DNA from: an uncultured Nitrospinota bacterium
Lineage (GTDB): Bacteria; Tectomicrobia; Entotheonellia; J063; CAVPRW01
Length of the DNA: 64,000 nucleotides
Reading direction: 5' to 3'
NCBI GenBank assembly: GCA_963707985.1
Contig: CAVPRW010000018.1
Span: 1-64,000, forward strand
The notes below the pieces were generated by a model. The model was not told where the DNA came from, did no database searches, and was given only the letters and a program-made list of their open reading frames with translations. Numbering within the stretch: position 1 is the first letter of the stretch; every line of letters begins with the position of its first letter. This document shows, piece by piece, positions 24,067 to 35,882 of the stretch. The position numbers and the translations under genes are program-made.

Positions 24067-24800
24067 GGTTGCCCGATATCCAAAGCGAATCGTTCACCGA
24101 AATACGCCGCAATGACGCGTTCATTCTCGGCTAATTGACGCGGCGTTCCGCTGTCGAGAATGCGACCCTGATGGATAATATACGCTCGATCAGTGATCTC
24201 CAGAGTTTCACGCACGCGATGGTCGGTGATTAACACCCCCAGACCCCGCTCCTTGAGACGACAGACTAGTTGTTGCAACTCCTCGATCATGATCGGATCG
24301 ATTCCCGCGAAGGGTTCGTCGAGCAGTAAGAATGTCGGAGACGCTGCTAAGGCACGCGCGATTTCGACCCGCCGCCGCTCCCCCCCTGACAGCGAGGGAG
24401 TCAGCCGTTGGCGATGACGGCCAAGCCCAAACTCGTCGAGGAGTTCGTCCACCTTCTCCTGTCGTTCACGTCGAGAAAGAGACTGGAGTTCGAGAACCGC
24501 CAGAATGTTCTCCTCGACGGTTAAGCCTCGGAATACCGAGGGTTCCTGCGGTAGATAGCCGATGCCTGATCGCGCCCGCCGATACAGGGGAACGTCAGTA
24601 ATGTCTACCCCATCGAGTGTGACCACGCCCGAATCGGGATGGATTAATCCCACCAGGAGATAGAATGTGGTCGTCTTCCCTGCGCCGTTTGGTCCCAGAA
24701 GGCCAACGACCTCGCCCCCTTCGATGGTCAAGCATACATCATCCACCACACGACGTCGACGATAGCTTTTGACCAATCCATGCGCAGCCAACCCTCTCAC
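24039..24800 (-). CDS. lptB: LPS export ABC transporter ATP-binding protein
   Basis: [37 protein letters not shown]; upstream of rpoN. Confidence 0.95.
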   Translation of the reverse strand: MRGLAAHGLVKSYRRRRVVDDVCLTIEGGEVVGLLGPNGAGKTTTFYLLVGLIHPDSGVVTLDGVDITDVPLYRRARSGIGYLPQEPSVFRGLTVEENILAVLELQSLSRRERQEKVDELLDEFGLGRHRQRLTPSLSGGERRRVEIARALAASPTFLLLDEPFAGIDPIMIEELQQLVCRLKERGLGVLITDHRVRETLEITDRAYIIHQGRILDSGTPRQLAENERVIAAYFGERFALDIGQPWVSKPNSR

Positions 24801-25346
24801 CTATCCTCCCCGTCCCTTCGGCTTCGGCGTCGGTAGTTTTGGCCCTTCGCTGGAGGGGATGAGTTGCACGCGAACACGTTGCGTACCGCCGGTAACGATC
24901 ATGTTGCCCTCACCCAGGAGGAACACCATTTCGTCGCCCCAAACCTCGGTACTACCCTCCACCGCATGAGGATTCCCGGTAAGCACGGCCTTCTGTTCGG
25001 TTTCAAAGAATGTCGCCCGTTCGGCTGTCGCCGATTGCTCGCCTCGCTGAATGAACACATTGCCAATGGCGACCATCTGTGCCATCTTCTTGGTTGTTCG
25101 ATCTTGCTTGACCTCAAGTCGGTCTGCCTTGACATAGAGACCACTGCGACGCGCTTCGACATTGCCGGTAAACACCACCTGATCGCTCCGTGAATCCGAC
25201 ACCATACGATCGGCGGTCACTTGTACCATGTCGTTCTGGGTCGCCTGCTCAGGGGTCGCATCGGCTGCATCTGCCAGATTCACGAAGGCAATGCCAGCGA
25301 GGAGCGCAGGGCCGAACACCCACCACCAATGACGTCGGTGCGTCAT
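24801..25346 (-). CDS. lptA: LPS transport periplasmic protein LptA (OstA domain)
   Basis: Signal peptide; VTADRM..FTGNV..A.GNV..LTGNP; synteny with lptB. Confidence 0.88.
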   Translation of the reverse strand: MTHRRHWWWVFGPALLAGIAFVNLADAADATPEQATQNDMVQVTADRMVSDSRSDQVVFTGNVEARRSGLYVKADRLEVKQDRTTKKMAQMVAIGNVFIQRGEQSATAERATFFETEQKAVLTGNPHAVEGSTEVWGDEMVFLLGEGNMIVTGGTQRVRVQLIPSSEGPKLPTPKPKGRGG

Positions 25347-25892
25347 GGTTCACTCCAGCGGGCAAGCACCTGCTCACGGACTTCGAACCGTTCGTCAGCA
25401 ATCCACCCTCGGAACCCCTGCCCCTCAACGTGGAGGCTGCCCATCTCGACGCTCACCGGTGTGTCAGCCGCCAGTGACTGTTCCACGGCAATCCATTGCA
25501 GACATTCTGTCGTCAGCGCAAACTCGTCACCCATGACCAGCCGCACATCGCCGCAGACCTGCATATTTTTCGATTCATTCTGAATGACGCCACGACGTGC
25601 AGTTACCTGCACCGTGCCATGCTTAGCCGAAATGAGGGTAAGGTGCACCCCCTCGAGAGTCGTGGTGTTGCACCTGAGGATCGACTTGCGCGACGTCGGC
25701 CAGAATTTCCCAACGTGTTTGGTAGCGCTCAGTATCCCGCAGCGCAAATTTCTCCATTCTGATTCCGTGCTCTGGCGTCACGATGGCGCTGCTCAGGGCA
25801 GCCTGCCATGGCGTACCTGCCAGATAGAACCACCATGCGGCCGCGCTCAGAATAGCCAATACGAGAGCAATCGATATAACCAGGCGCGTCAT
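25343..25892 (-). CDS. lptC: LPS export protein LptC (one apparent indel near 25680)
   Basis: N-terminal TM in ORF 25623..25892, beta-jellyroll C-terminus in ORF 25343..25747; lptC-lptA-lptB order. Confidence 0.78.
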
Positions 25893-26416
25893 GCCGACGC
25901 CATCTCTCCATCGTCCCCCTCCTGGGCGCGCGTCTCACTTCGCGCCGTTGACTGACTCTGCCACTGCCGGAGGAGCAGGTGATAGCGCTCTCCCCAGGGG
26001 GTGATCGTGATCAGACGCGTCTCTTCCGTCTGATGGGTAATGGCGATCTCCAGCCGTTCCACCGGCAACGAGGCATCAAGCTTACCAGCCCACTCGATGA
26101 TAGCCACCCCGTCCCCTCCGAGAAATTCGCGCAGGCCGATTTCGTCAATGTCCGATGGTCCTTCGAGACGATAGAGATCAGCATGGTAGACGGGTACACG
26201 GCCCCGGTAGCAATGCATCAGCACAAAAGAAGGGCTACGGACCGCATGCTCAGGCGTGACGCCAAGTCCTCTGGCCATCCCCCTCGTTAGCACCGTTTTA
26301 CCGCTTCCGAGCTCACCATAGAGGCAGACGATATCACCCGTCTCAAGGAGACGTCCAATGGCGTTCCCCAGCATTTCCGTGTCAATGCTATTCGACGATA
26401 CCATTTGTATCTGCAT
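25889..26416 (-). CDS. tsaE: tRNA threonylcarbamoyladenosine biosynthesis ATPase TsaE
   Basis: LYGELGSGKT, VRSPSF, HADLYRL, IIEWA. Confidence 0.95.
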   Translation of the reverse strand: MQIQMVSSNSIDTEMLGNAIGRLLETGDIVCLYGELGSGKTVLTRGMARGLGVTPEHAVRSPSFVLMHCYRGRVPVYHADLYRLEGPSDIDEIGLREFLGGDGVAIIEWAGKLDASLPVERLEIAITHQTEETRLITITPWGERYHLLLRQWQSQSTARSETRAQEGDDGEMASA

Positions 26417-26489
26417 GTCTAGGCCACCTTCAGCCTGCCAGGAGTTTTCGGTCGGCCCTTGAGCCAGTAGTGTTCCCAACTCGTCGGAG

Positions 26490-28053
26490 CTACTCTCTTG
26501 GCTGATGCGCGAGGTGCTGAAACGCTCGCGGCAGGGCCTCAACCAGATCGCCAGCCATCAACGATCGTTCCCCCAGCTCCGTGGCTGCCAAATCACCTGC
26601 CAGACCGTGAGTGTAGACGGCGATTCGCGCCGCCATACTCGGTGGATAGCCTTGTCCCAGCAGCGTACCAATCATCCCGGAGAGCACGTCACCGCTGCCA
26701 GCTGTGGCCATACCTGGATTGCCCGTCACATTTATATACAGCGTTCCCTCAGGCTCGGCGATCACTGTATGTGCTCCTTTCAGCACGACGACAGCCTTGT
26801 AGGCCCGGGCGGTCTCTTGCGCCACCGCTAAACGATCGGCTTGGATCATAGCCGTGGTGGTACGACGCAAGCGTGCCGAGCTCACCCGGATGCGGGGTTA
26901 GCACCAGCGGTGCCTGAATGTCGCCGATGCTGTCGGGATCGGTCGCAAACGCATTGAGACCATCAGCATCGAGCACCGTGGGGATACGCACCTGGCGCAG
27001 GACCTCTTGTACACAGCGCACCGTTTCCGGATGCGTGCCCATGACCAGGGCCAAGGATCAGTGCGGATTTGCCCTGCAGCCATTCCATGAGACGTTCCAC
27101 CGCCTCCACCCCCAGTACACCCGGCTCAGCTTCAGGAAGTGGAATCGTCATCACCTCGGTGAGCTTCGTCTCCATGGCAGCGTTCAGCGTCTGCGGCACC
27201 GCAAAGCTGACCAATCCAGCGCCGGTGCGCAGGGCGGCAAGGCTTGCCAGCGCACCAGCTCCTGTCTTTCCGGGGCTGCCGGCGACAGTCAAAACATGGC
27301 CGTAGGTACCCTTGTGGGTATCGGCTGCACGCCTGTGCAGTTGAGCCGCGACGGCCTCGGCCTCGAGCACATGGCAACGCACGGCGGGTGCTCGCGCACC
27401 ATGGTCGGAAAACCGATGTCAACCACCACCAGCCGACCCACGTGCTCGGCAGCGGGATACAGCAAGAGGCCTCGCTTGGGAAGCGCCATGGTGATGGTGA
27501 GGTCAGCCCGCACATGTTCGCCCAGGAGTGTCCCCACGTCGGCGCTCAGACCCGAAGGGATATCCACCGCGACAATGGTTTTGCCGGAGGCATTCATGGC
27601 GGCGATAATTTGCTGCAACGCCCCACTCACCTCAGCCTTGAGACCGGTGCCCAGCAGTGCGTCGATCAGGAGATCGTAATCCGCCAGCCGCGCCCCAACC
27701 GTCAGAGCCGACTCGGGAGTCGGCACGGTCTCGGGTGTAACCCCGACACGCTGCAACATATCGAGATGCGCTCCGGCATCGCCGTGGATGCCTCCAGTCT
27801 CTCCCATGACGAACACACCGACAGACACCCCGCTGGTGTGGAGGTAGCGCGCGATCACGAAGCCGTCGCCGCCATTGTTCCCCCGCCCACACAGAATCGC
27901 CACTCGGCGTGCCTGGAGGTCTGGATACTCCTGCCACAGAAGACGCACTACCTGGCCACCGGCATTTTCCATCAAGACGATGCCGGGGATGCCAAAGGTC
28001 TCAACGGCCAGACGATCGAGCTCACGCATTTCGGCTGCTGTCGTCACCCGCAC
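26490..28053 (-). CDS. nnr: Bifunctional NAD(P)H-hydrate epimerase/dehydratase (several apparent indels)
   Basis: LMENAG, GNNGGDG, DALLGTG, DIPSG; HKGTYG, GPG, DADGLN, TPHPGE, ATAGSGDVLSG across four ORFs. Confidence 0.92.
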
Positions 28054-28165
28054 AGCACAGGTCCCTTTTTAAGTGGCGGCTTAGGAGCAATGCATGCTCC
28101 AGCTGACAAGCGACATGCCTCGCATCAATGCCGATTTGATTGTTCTGACGGCTGAACGTTTACAT

Positions 28166-29552
28166 CTAGAATTCGGTTGGAATCACGGTGGTCGCGCCGA
28201 TGGCGCGCTCGATCTCGTGGGCAATGTTTTCGGCCGCGGTTTGAATGGCTTGGGGATCACGTCCCTCCACCATGACACGCGCCAATAGCTCGGTTCCTGA
28301 GAGACGCACCAGGATGCGGCCGGTACCATTGAGCAACTCTTGGGCATGAGCGTGCGCTTGTTTGACCTCAGGAAGCGCGAGTGGATCAATACGCTCGCGA
28401 ACGCGGACATTCAGCAACACCTGTGGATATTTGGTCAACACGGCGGAGAGGCGTGAGAGCGGTTGCCCACTGGTCTGCATGATGCGCAGCAGCTGCAGAG
28501 CGGTGACCAAGCCGTCACCTGTGGTAGCATGCGCAAGAAAAACGATATGGCCCGACTGTTCGCCGCCGAGTATGGCGCCGGCCCGGAGCATCTCCTCGAG
28601 CACATATTTATCCCCCACCGGAGCGCGGAGCAAGACAATCCCCAGCCGCTGGAGCATCTCTTCGAGACCGAAATTGCTCATGACCGTACCCACGATACAG
28701 CGCCTTCCTAATGCACCGCGCTGGACGAGGTCGTAAGTACAGATTCCTAACGTGTAGTCCCCATCGCGTACAGTTCCCGTTTCATCGATCGCAATCATCC
28801 GATCGGCATCGCCATCGAAGCAGAAGCCCACGTCTGCACCCGTGCGTCGGACAAGATCCTGAGCCTGCTCCGGGAAGAGCGCCCCACATTGATGGTTGAT
28901 ATTCATGCCATCGGGCTCAGCGGCATGTACCACGACCTGCGCACCGAGTTGTTCGAAGAGCTGCGGGGCTACAGACGTCACAGACCCATTGGCACAATCA
29001 AGCACCACCCGCAATCCGGCCAGTGAGACGCCGGGGCCAAGTGTCTGTACCGGCGAAGGTCAGATATTCGGTGAGCCCCTCTGCTGCCATGCGGATGCAC
29101 CCGATGTCACGCCCAGTTGGGGCTGGACGTGTGGCTCCCTGGCGGACCATCTGCTCGAGAGAGTCCTCCTGCGCATCGGGGAGTTTGAAACCATCTGCGG
29201 AGAAGAACTTAATGCCGTTGTCGGCGAAGGGATTATGCGAGGCAGAGAGCACGACTCCGCCAAGGGCTCCCCAGGCCCGTGTCAGGTATGCGATCGCCGG
29301 TGTCGGCAACACACCTACCCGAGCGGCATCGACACCGGCCGCACAAATGCCGGCGCAGATGGCCGCCTCCAGCATGTCTCCCGAAAGTCGTGTATCACGT
29401 CCAACAATGATCGTCCCTCGACTCTGGCGGGTAGTCTGTAAATATTCAGCGCCGGCGCGCCCCAGAGCAAATGCCATTTCTGGGGTCACAGGGTAATGAT
29501 TCGCCAAGCCGCGTACCCCATCGGTGCCGAAGAGACGGCTTTCAGCAGTCAC
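28166..29552 (-). CDS. glmM: Phosphoglucosamine mutase (apparent indel near 29000-29040)
   Basis: [28 protein letters not shown]. Confidence 0.95.
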
Positions 29553-31392
29553 GAGTTCGATCCTCTGTGGTGAGGGCAACCGTGTGGTCCGATGTACCAC
29601 CGTTATGGCCATTATTGACGATGGCCTCAATCTCCGGACCATCCAGGACCTCGCGCTCCAATAACCCCTCGGCCAACAGGTAGAGCTTATCGATGTGCCG
29701 CTGTAACAGGTCCTTGGAGCGCTGATAATTCTCCATCACCAGACGATTGACCTCGGAATCGATGGCCTGGGCAGTCAGCTCACTGTAATCGCGGTGTTGC
29801 GCGATCTCTCGCCCCAGAAAGATTTGCTCTTCCTTCTTGCCGAAGGCCAGGGGACCCATGCGTTCACTCATCCCCCACTCACACACCATCTTGCGTGCCA
29901 GCTCGGTGGCACGTTCGATATCGTTGCCGGCTCCCGTGGTGATCTGCTTGAAGACGATTTCTTCGGCAGCGCGTCCGCCCATCATGATGGAAAGATTATT
30001 CAGCAGATATTCTTTCGGGTAGGTGTGCCGGTCATCGATGGGTAATTGTTGCGTAAGACCAAGCGCCAGCCCACGTGGGATAATGGTCACTTTATGCACT
30101 GGATCACTCCCCGGTAAGAGCTTGGCAACGAGGGTGTGACCGGCCTCATGGAACGCCGTAATCTTCTTCTCCTCATCGCTGATGATCATGCTACGCCGCT
30201 CGGCCCCCATGATGACTTTGTCTTTGGCTTGCTCGAAATCACCCATATCGACGATTTTCTTATCCAGCCGGGCCGCGCGCAATGCCGCTTCGTTGACCAG
30301 ATTGGACAGATCCGCGCCCGAGAAGCCAGGCGTCCCACGCGCCACGACGGCCAAATCCACATCCTTGGCCATCGGAATATTCCGGGAGTGCACGTGGAGG
30401 ATTTCTTCACGTCCGCGCACATCCGGGCGGGGCACGACGATCTGACGGTCGAAGCGACCGGGACGCAACAGGGCGGGATCGAGCACATCAGGTCGATTGG
30501 TGGCAGCGATGAGGATCACCCCATCGTTGGATTCGAACCCATCCATTTCCACCAGCAGTTGGTTGAGTGTCTGTTCCCGCTCGTCATGCCCGCCCCCAAG
30601 CCCAGCGCCACGATGGCGCCCGACAGCGTCGATTTCGTCGATAAAAATAATGCAGGGGGCATGTTTTTTCCCCTGATCAAAGAGATCACGCACTCGCGAG
30701 GCACCGACCCCAACGAACATTTCTACGAAGTCAGAGCCGCTGATGCTGAAAAAGGGCACGTTGGCTTCACCGGCAATTGCCCGGGCCAGCAAGGTTTTGC
30801 CCGTCCCAGGCGGCCCTACTAGGAGCACCCCCTTGGGGATTTTGCCGCCGAGATGCTGAAATTTCTGCGGATCTTTCAAGAAATCGATGAGTTCAACGAC
30901 CTCATCTTTGGCCTCCTCAACTCCCGCCACATCTTTGAAGGTTACCTTGCGACCCTTATCGGACATGAGTTTGGCGCGGCTCTTGCCAAAGGAGAGCGCT
31001 TTGCTCCCACCACTCTGCATCTGGCGCATAAAAAAGATCCACACCCCTAACAAGAGCAGCATCGGAAACCAGGAGATGAACAAATTTACATACCAGGAGG
31101 TCTTTTCGGGGGGCTCAGCTTGAATCCGGACGCCCTGTTTACGCAAAGTTGGAATTAATTCCGGGTCTTTGGGAGCGAACGTTCGGAAGCTGGTCCCGCT
31201 GCGATACGCTCCCCGAATGTCATCTCCCTGAATAGTTACCTCTTGCACTTGCCCTTCAGCCACCTGGTCAAGAAATTCACTGAAGCTAATTTCACGCGTG
31301 GGTCGCTGAGGCCGGCTAAACACATTGAAGAGGGCGATCATGATCAATCCTATGACCAGCCAGAGTGCCAAATTCTTATAAAACTGGCTCAC
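29542..31392 (-). CDS. ftsH: ATP-dependent zinc metalloprotease FtsH
   Basis: Two TM helices, [24 protein letters not shown]. Confidence 0.98.
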   Translation of the reverse strand: MSQFYKNLALWLVIGLIMIALFNVFSRPQRPTREISFSEFLDQVAEGQVQEVTIQGDDIRGAYRSGTSFRTFAPKDPELIPTLRKQGVRIQAEPPEKTSWYVNLFISWFPMLLLLGVWIFFMRQMQSGGSKALSFGKSRAKLMSDKGRKVTFKDVAGVEEAKDEVVELIDFLKDPQKFQHLGGKIPKGVLLVGPPGTGKTLLARAIAGEANVPFFSISGSDFVEMFVGVGASRVRDLFDQGKKHAPCIIFIDEIDAVGRHRGAGLGGGHDEREQTLNQLLVEMDGFESNDGVILIAATNRPDVLDPALLRPGRFDRQIVVPRPDVRGREEILHVHSRNIPMAKDVDLAVVARGTPGFSGADLSNLVNEAALRAARLDKKIVDMGDFEQAKDKVIMGAERRSMIISDEEKKITAFHEAGHTLVAKLLPGSDPVHKVTIIPRGLALGLTQQLPIDDRHTYPKEYLLNNLSIMMGGRAAEEIVFKQITTGAGNDIERATELARKMVCEWGMSERMGPLAFGKKEEQIFLGREIAQHRDYSELTAQAIDSEVNRLVMENYQRSKDLLQRHIDKLYLLAEGLLEREVLDGPEIEAIVNNGHNGGTSDHTVALTTEDRTRDC

Positions 31393-31616
31393 CGTGATCC
31401 TCCCTAGAACCGGCCGTGAGCTCGCTATCATCGAGACAAAGCGATCTAGTGTCGGTCCCTAACATTCACTTCCCCTGGTAGGCATGCTGCGCACCGTTCG
31501 GGCTGGGACGATCTCTTTTGCTCACGGTTTAAAGTCCGCAGGGGCTTTCAGTGCGCTAACTTGGCCCGATTTATGCTAACATAAGCTCCGTCGGAAAACA
31601 ACTGCAAACTGTTGTG

Positions 31617-33047
31617 CTATCTAGGCTCACCAGCGGCGTCCACAGCTTTCTCTGGAACATGCCGAAATAATTGCAAGCGAAGAATCGCTCGCGTCGCAGG
31701 TGTCACCTTCGCCCACTCCGCCGGGCGTATACCGGCCACCCACGCAATACCCCTATTCGTCACCACGAGTGGCAGGCGGTCGCGCACCACTTGCGGAACC
31801 TTCGCATCAATCAGGAAGGCCTTGAGCTTCTTGGCATAGACGCTGCCCAGCGGGTGTAGACGATCCCCCGATCGCCGTGTACGCACACGCACATCCTGCC
31901 CAACGCTGTCGGCATCTAACCAGGTGACGTCCCCGCTCGGAAACGCACCAGCCACGGCGTGACGCGGGACGTGCTCGCTCGTGATGGTCACGCCCAGCGC
32001 CTCCACCCGACACACGCCGGGAATGGGCATGAGCACATCCACGTGCACCAGTGCCGTTGACGTCTGCCGGTGGATGAGGACCACATCATATCGACGTTCC
32101 ACTACCACTCCCCGGGGTAGCGTCAGGCGTTGGTGGCCTGCTCCGGACCGCATCAGGGCGACGATGGACGCGATATGGGTGGCGGTGATGCCATGAAGAT
32201 CACCCATTACCTCGGTCAGCGACTGCCGCAGGACACGCCGTTGGAGCGCTAACGGCAGGGAGGTGAGCACCGTGATCTGTAAGGAGATGGCCCCCGAGGT
32301 CGCTGCCAGACAGGCTGCGAGAAAGTGCTGGTGGGCCATGCCTTGCAGAGCGGCTTCGTCTTCCGCCAACAGTTGTGTGGTTCGGCTGATGGTGTGCGAC
32401 AGACGCGGGTTAAAGTGTTGCCGCAGTGCTGGAAGTATGTCCAGTCGAAGACGATTACGGGAATACTGGCGCTGCGCGTTTGACGGATCGTCGCGAAACA
32501 GCAACCGATGCGTGTGCAGATAATCCAGGATATCGGTGCGTGACACATGAATCAGCGGCCGGACGATGACCCCACGCACGGGGGGAATACCGCAGAGTCC
32601 TCGCAACCCAGAGCCGCGCAACAGGTGTAGAAGCACTGTCTCGGCTTGATCGTCCGCGGTGTGCCCGATGGCGATGCGATTTGCCCCTAGCTGGGCCGCC
32701 GTGGCTCGCAGAAAGGCATACCGTAACCGGCGTGCGGCGTCCTCAGGGGAGACCTTGTGTTGACGTCGGTAGGTAGGTACGTCCCGTGTGTCGCAAATGT
32801 AGCGGATGCCAAGATGGCGTGACACCGTCTCTACGAAGGTGGCGTCGTCCGCGGCATTTGGGCGCATCTGGTGGTTCAAATGGGCCACACAGAGCTGCAG
32901 GGCTAGCGGCTCCCGGAGCCGCCAAAGGGTATGTAACAGGGCCATCGAATCGGCACCGCCGGACACTGCAACCAGCACGGTATGGCCGGGCTCGAGCATC
33001 CGATAGTCCTGGATAATCTGTTGCACCCGTTGCAGAAAGGGGTCCAT
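31617..33047 (-). CDS. tilS: tRNA(Ile)-lysidine synthetase
   Basis: AVSGGADS PP-loop, AHLNHQMR, GHTADDQAETV, RPL, RNRLR; upstream of ftsH. Confidence 0.96.
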   Translation of the reverse strand: MDPFLQRVQQIIQDYRMLEPGHTVLVAVSGGADSMALLHTLWRLREPLALQLCVAHLNHQMRPNAADDATFVETVSRHLGIRYICDTRDVPTYRRQHKVSPEDAARRLRYAFLRATAAQLGANRIAIGHTADDQAETVLLHLLRGSGLRGLCGIPPVRGVIVRPLIHVSRTDILDYLHTHRLLFRDDPSNAQRQYSRNRLRLDILPALRQHFNPRLSHTISRTTQLLAEDEAALQGMAHQHFLAACLAATSGAISLQITVLTSLPLALQRRVLRQSLTEVMGDLHGITATHIASIVALMRSGAGHQRLTLPRGVVVERRYDVVLIHRQTSTALVHVDVLMPIPGVCRVEALGVTITSEHVPRHAVAGAFPSGDVTWLDADSVGQDVRVRTRRSGDRLHPLGSVYAKKLKAFLIDAKVPQVVRDRLPLVVTNRGIAWVAGIRPAEWAKVTPATRAILRLQLFRHVPEKAVDAAGEPR

Positions 33048-33084
33048 AGCCCCCGCATCCAGGGAGATCATGTTGGTTGAGGAA

Positions 33085-33158
33085 TGGCGGTGCAGGGCTT
33101 CGAACCCCGGACACGCGGATTATGATTCCGCTGCTCTAGCCAGCTGAGCTACACCGCC
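33085..33158 (-). tRNA. tRNA with CAT anticodon, most likely elongator tRNA-Met; CCA not encoded
   Basis: GGCGGTGTAGCTCAGCTGGCTAGAGCAGCGGAATCATAATCCGCGTGTCCGGGGTTCGAAGCCCTGCACCGCCA; G1-C72 paired, so not an initiator. Confidence 0.93.
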
Positions 33159-33237
33159 ATGGTGTTTCTAAAGGTGTGTGAGGAGGGCGATCTGTGGAAG
33201 GGCTCAATCCTGACACTATTTCCCAAGTAAATCAAAT

Positions 33238-33399
33238 TTATGAGTCGCTCGATGGTCGGAAAATAGCGAAGATGAAGAAGGCGGTCAGGATGAAGAATAA
33301 CACCTGGTAATTGACGTCCGCCGACACGAGCCCTAAGACAAGGAACACAATTCCCACAATAAGATAAATTAGGATCTCGAGCAGGCGATTTTCAATCAC
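33238..33399 (-). CDS. Small two-TM membrane protein (53 aa)
   Basis: AAGGAG RBS before GTG; two hydrophobic segments. Confidence 0.55.
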   Translation of the reverse strand: MIENRLLEILIYLIVGIVFLVLGLVSADVNYQVLFFILTAFFIFAIFRPSSDS

Positions 33400-33654
33400 C
33401 AGGACACTCCTTCTGATCCCAACGCTCCGTAACGACAATACAGAAGAATTCGCGCTCAACAGAATCCCGTCCCTTATTCAGCCCGGAGGTTGTCCCAGCA
33501 GTCCTCTAACCCGACTCCCCTCACGGCTCAGTAGCCCAGATACCATCACGCCGATGCGCCTAATCGTTGCGCAAACAATGGCAGTACATTCGGCTGCACG
33601 AGCCTCACCATAGGTCTCACAATACTATAAGCCGTGCGGGGTTGTCAAGCGCTC

Positions 33655-34440
33655 TCACGGCCATGGATTGACCGCGATGCCCGGAAACGTTTTGACGACG
33701 CGCTCGAGACCAATCCGGGCCAAGGTATCGTTAGTTTGCCAGACTCCACCTCCCTTGAAAAAACGTCCAGCCAACAACAGGTTGTCGAACAATGGTTTCT
33801 GCGTTTCGTCAAAGCGGGCTCGCCACAAGATCTCACCATCCCGCGCACTGATCAGGTAGGCCTCATACGCCACGGAGGCGGGCTGGTCGACCGCTAAGGC
33901 GGACCCCTGGCGATTGTCATAGCGCGTGATAACACCGGTGAGCACGGCATCGAGAGGTCGTTGAGCCGTATTTGGCACCCCAGGCTCTGGTGGCACGTGC
34001 ACCGTGCCCACCGGCTCTTCAGGACTCGCTGGCCAAATCCGACCAAGCCAATCGCGCACGAACTGTCGCAAGCGCCCAGAGCGCTCTTCTTCCGGGGCAG
34101 CTTGCGCTGTGCGCGTGAAGGCTAACTCGGTCTCCTCATCCAACAGCAACGGCGGCGTGACCTCGTAGCGCCGATGGGAGTCGAGTTCTGTATAAAAGAA
34201 TGAGGCCAAACGTATTCCAGCATCCGGCGTTCCACTATTGTTGATGAAACCGATAATGCCAATGCGCTGGAGTTCATACTTCGACAGCTCCGGACTCACC
34301 TCCGCCACCACATTGCTGGGCGGTTCTAACCAAGGGACAGCCCCCCAGAGCCGACCACAGACGCTTAAGCTTAGGGCAAAGGCAATACCCAGCATACTGC
34401 TGATGGAAGTAGACCTTCTCGTACCCTGTCTGCACTGCAT
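33655..34440 (-). CDS. Exported hypothetical protein (GNA1162/CsgG-like fold suspected)
   Basis: Signal-like N-terminus; IGIIGF.N, DAVLTGVITRY, GEILWRARFDETQ. Confidence 0.7.
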   Translation of the reverse strand: MQCRQGTRRSTSISSMLGIAFALSLSVCGRLWGAVPWLEPPSNVVAEVSPELSKYELQRIGIIGFINNSGTPDAGIRLASFFYTELDSHRRYEVTPPLLLDEETELAFTRTAQAAPEEERSGRLRQFVRDWLGRIWPASPEEPVGTVHVPPEPGVPNTAQRPLDAVLTGVITRYDNRQGSALAVDQPASVAYEAYLISARDGEILWRARFDETQKPLFDNLLLAGRFFKGGGVWQTNDTLARIGLERVVKTFPGIAVNPWP

Positions 34441-34591
34441 GGCCGTATCCTTTCTCGTGCCCGTCTTCCTCTAATGAGTACTACTGCCCATGTGATAGAC
34501 ATCGTCCATACCCTTATGCGAAGTTCTCTCGCAGACTCATGAACAGAGCCACATCTTTTGGGGGCGTGTCTCCCGGTGGTCGAGGATGTTG

Positions 34592-35623
34592 TTAGCTATG
34601 CTGGCCCTTAGTGTGGAGGTCTGAGGGACGAGACTCATGAACCAGAGCTTGAGCGACCTCTTCGTCGGTGATGAGCACATTGCATAACCGCCCGAGGAGA
34701 GCACCGCGGATCGCCTCGAGCTTATAGCGACCCCCAGCAACGCCGATGACCAATTTGCCATGCTGCCGTGTCATGTCCCGCAGATGTTCAGCCGCCACTG
34801 CGACCACTCGTTTGGTGAGTCCCTCCAGCTCGTCCTGGCGCACCAAATGTCCGTGCCCATCGAATGGCTGGTAATTAATCTCGCCGACCACCTTCATGGC
34901 CGTCAATTTCTGCGGGGACACCCCATAATGCTCGGCGATGCTGCAAAATCCTGGCGTTTCTGGACCGACGGCGCCAATCCCGACCAGCGCCACATCAACC
35001 TCGTGGGCTTCCTGGTAGATCTGGCGAATCTCTGGTCGATCGAGCAACAGCTGACGCTCGCGGTCGATCTCTTCAAGTGGTCCGATCAGCTGAGCATGCA
35101 GGGCATAAGCGGTCACGTCAGGGCGATATTTGGCGGCCATCATGCCCACCAGTGTATTGGGAAAAAGGTCCACCAAGTGCAGGGTGCTTTCGGCCGACAG
35201 CGGGTAGATCTTCAGGTCTTTGATTAACCCCTCGCGTAGGTGTTTGATCATATAATATAGCGTATAACCGCAGGAGAGACCAACCTTCACGCCATCGCCA
35301 GCGATTTTCTCAAAATATCGCGCCGTGGCAATGCCTAGCTCTTCTTTGATGTCTGACGCTTGACCGCTGGGAATGACGACGGCATCGCGCAGCCCAAACT
35401 GCTCCATGAGCGCTGTCGCGAGGCGGGGCATCGGTGGCAAGGTAATGTGCACGCGCACGATCCCCTCCTGATAGGCGCGTTTCAGGAGTCGCGAGACTTT
35501 ACTGGGCGAGATCCCCAGTTGCTCGGCAATCTCACGTTGTTGCTTCTGATGCCGGAAGTGGAGCTGGACGCAACGGACCATCTCTTTCATCTCTTGATAG
35601 CTATCCAAGTCCCGATCGAGCAT
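34592..35623 (-). CDS. SorC/DeoR/CggR/LsrR-type sugar-phosphate-binding transcriptional regulator
   Basis: QREIAEQLGISPSKVSRLLKRA HTH; ALVGIG; GVAGG..K..AIRGAL..NVLITD. Confidence 0.93.
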   Translation of the reverse strand: MLDRDLDSYQEMKEMVRCVQLHFRHQKQQREIAEQLGISPSKVSRLLKRAYQEGIVRVHITLPPMPRLATALMEQFGLRDAVVIPSGQASDIKEELGIATARYFEKIAGDGVKVGLSCGYTLYYMIKHLREGLIKDLKIYPLSAESTLHLVDLFPNTLVGMMAAKYRPDVTAYALHAQLIGPLEEIDRERQLLLDRPEIRQIYQEAHEVDVALVGIGAVGPETPGFCSIAEHYGVSPQKLTAMKVVGEINYQPFDGHGHLVRQDELEGLTKRVVAVAAEHLRDMTRQHGKLVIGVAGGRYKLEAIRGALLGRLCNVLITDEEVAQALVHESRPSDLHTKGQHS

Positions 35624-35713
35624 AGCGACATCCTTCCCCGACGCCTGCCCACTACCCCTTCATGCCCCCAAGAGACAAACGAGTTACAAGATGTGAATGC
35701 GGGGGGCCATTGA

Positions 35714-35774
35714 TGAAAAAAATTTCAGGTCACGGGAAAATTTGCTTGACTCCGAATATTGTATCAAATATGAT
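35714..35774 (+). promoter_or_regulatory. Sigma70 promoter of the FBP aldolase/phosphatase gene, with upstream palindrome
   Basis: TTGACT (35746-35751)-N17-TATGAT (35769-35774); TGAAA-N4-TTTCA at 35714-35727. Confidence 0.7.
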
Positions 35775-35882
35775 GTGGCAATACAAGAGCTGAGGTAACA
35801 GTGCTGGTCGATATCCATGAGCTATGTGCTGCCGGTAGCGCCTTGCAGGCGGCCGCGACATCGTAGGAAAGGAGATAGGAGC

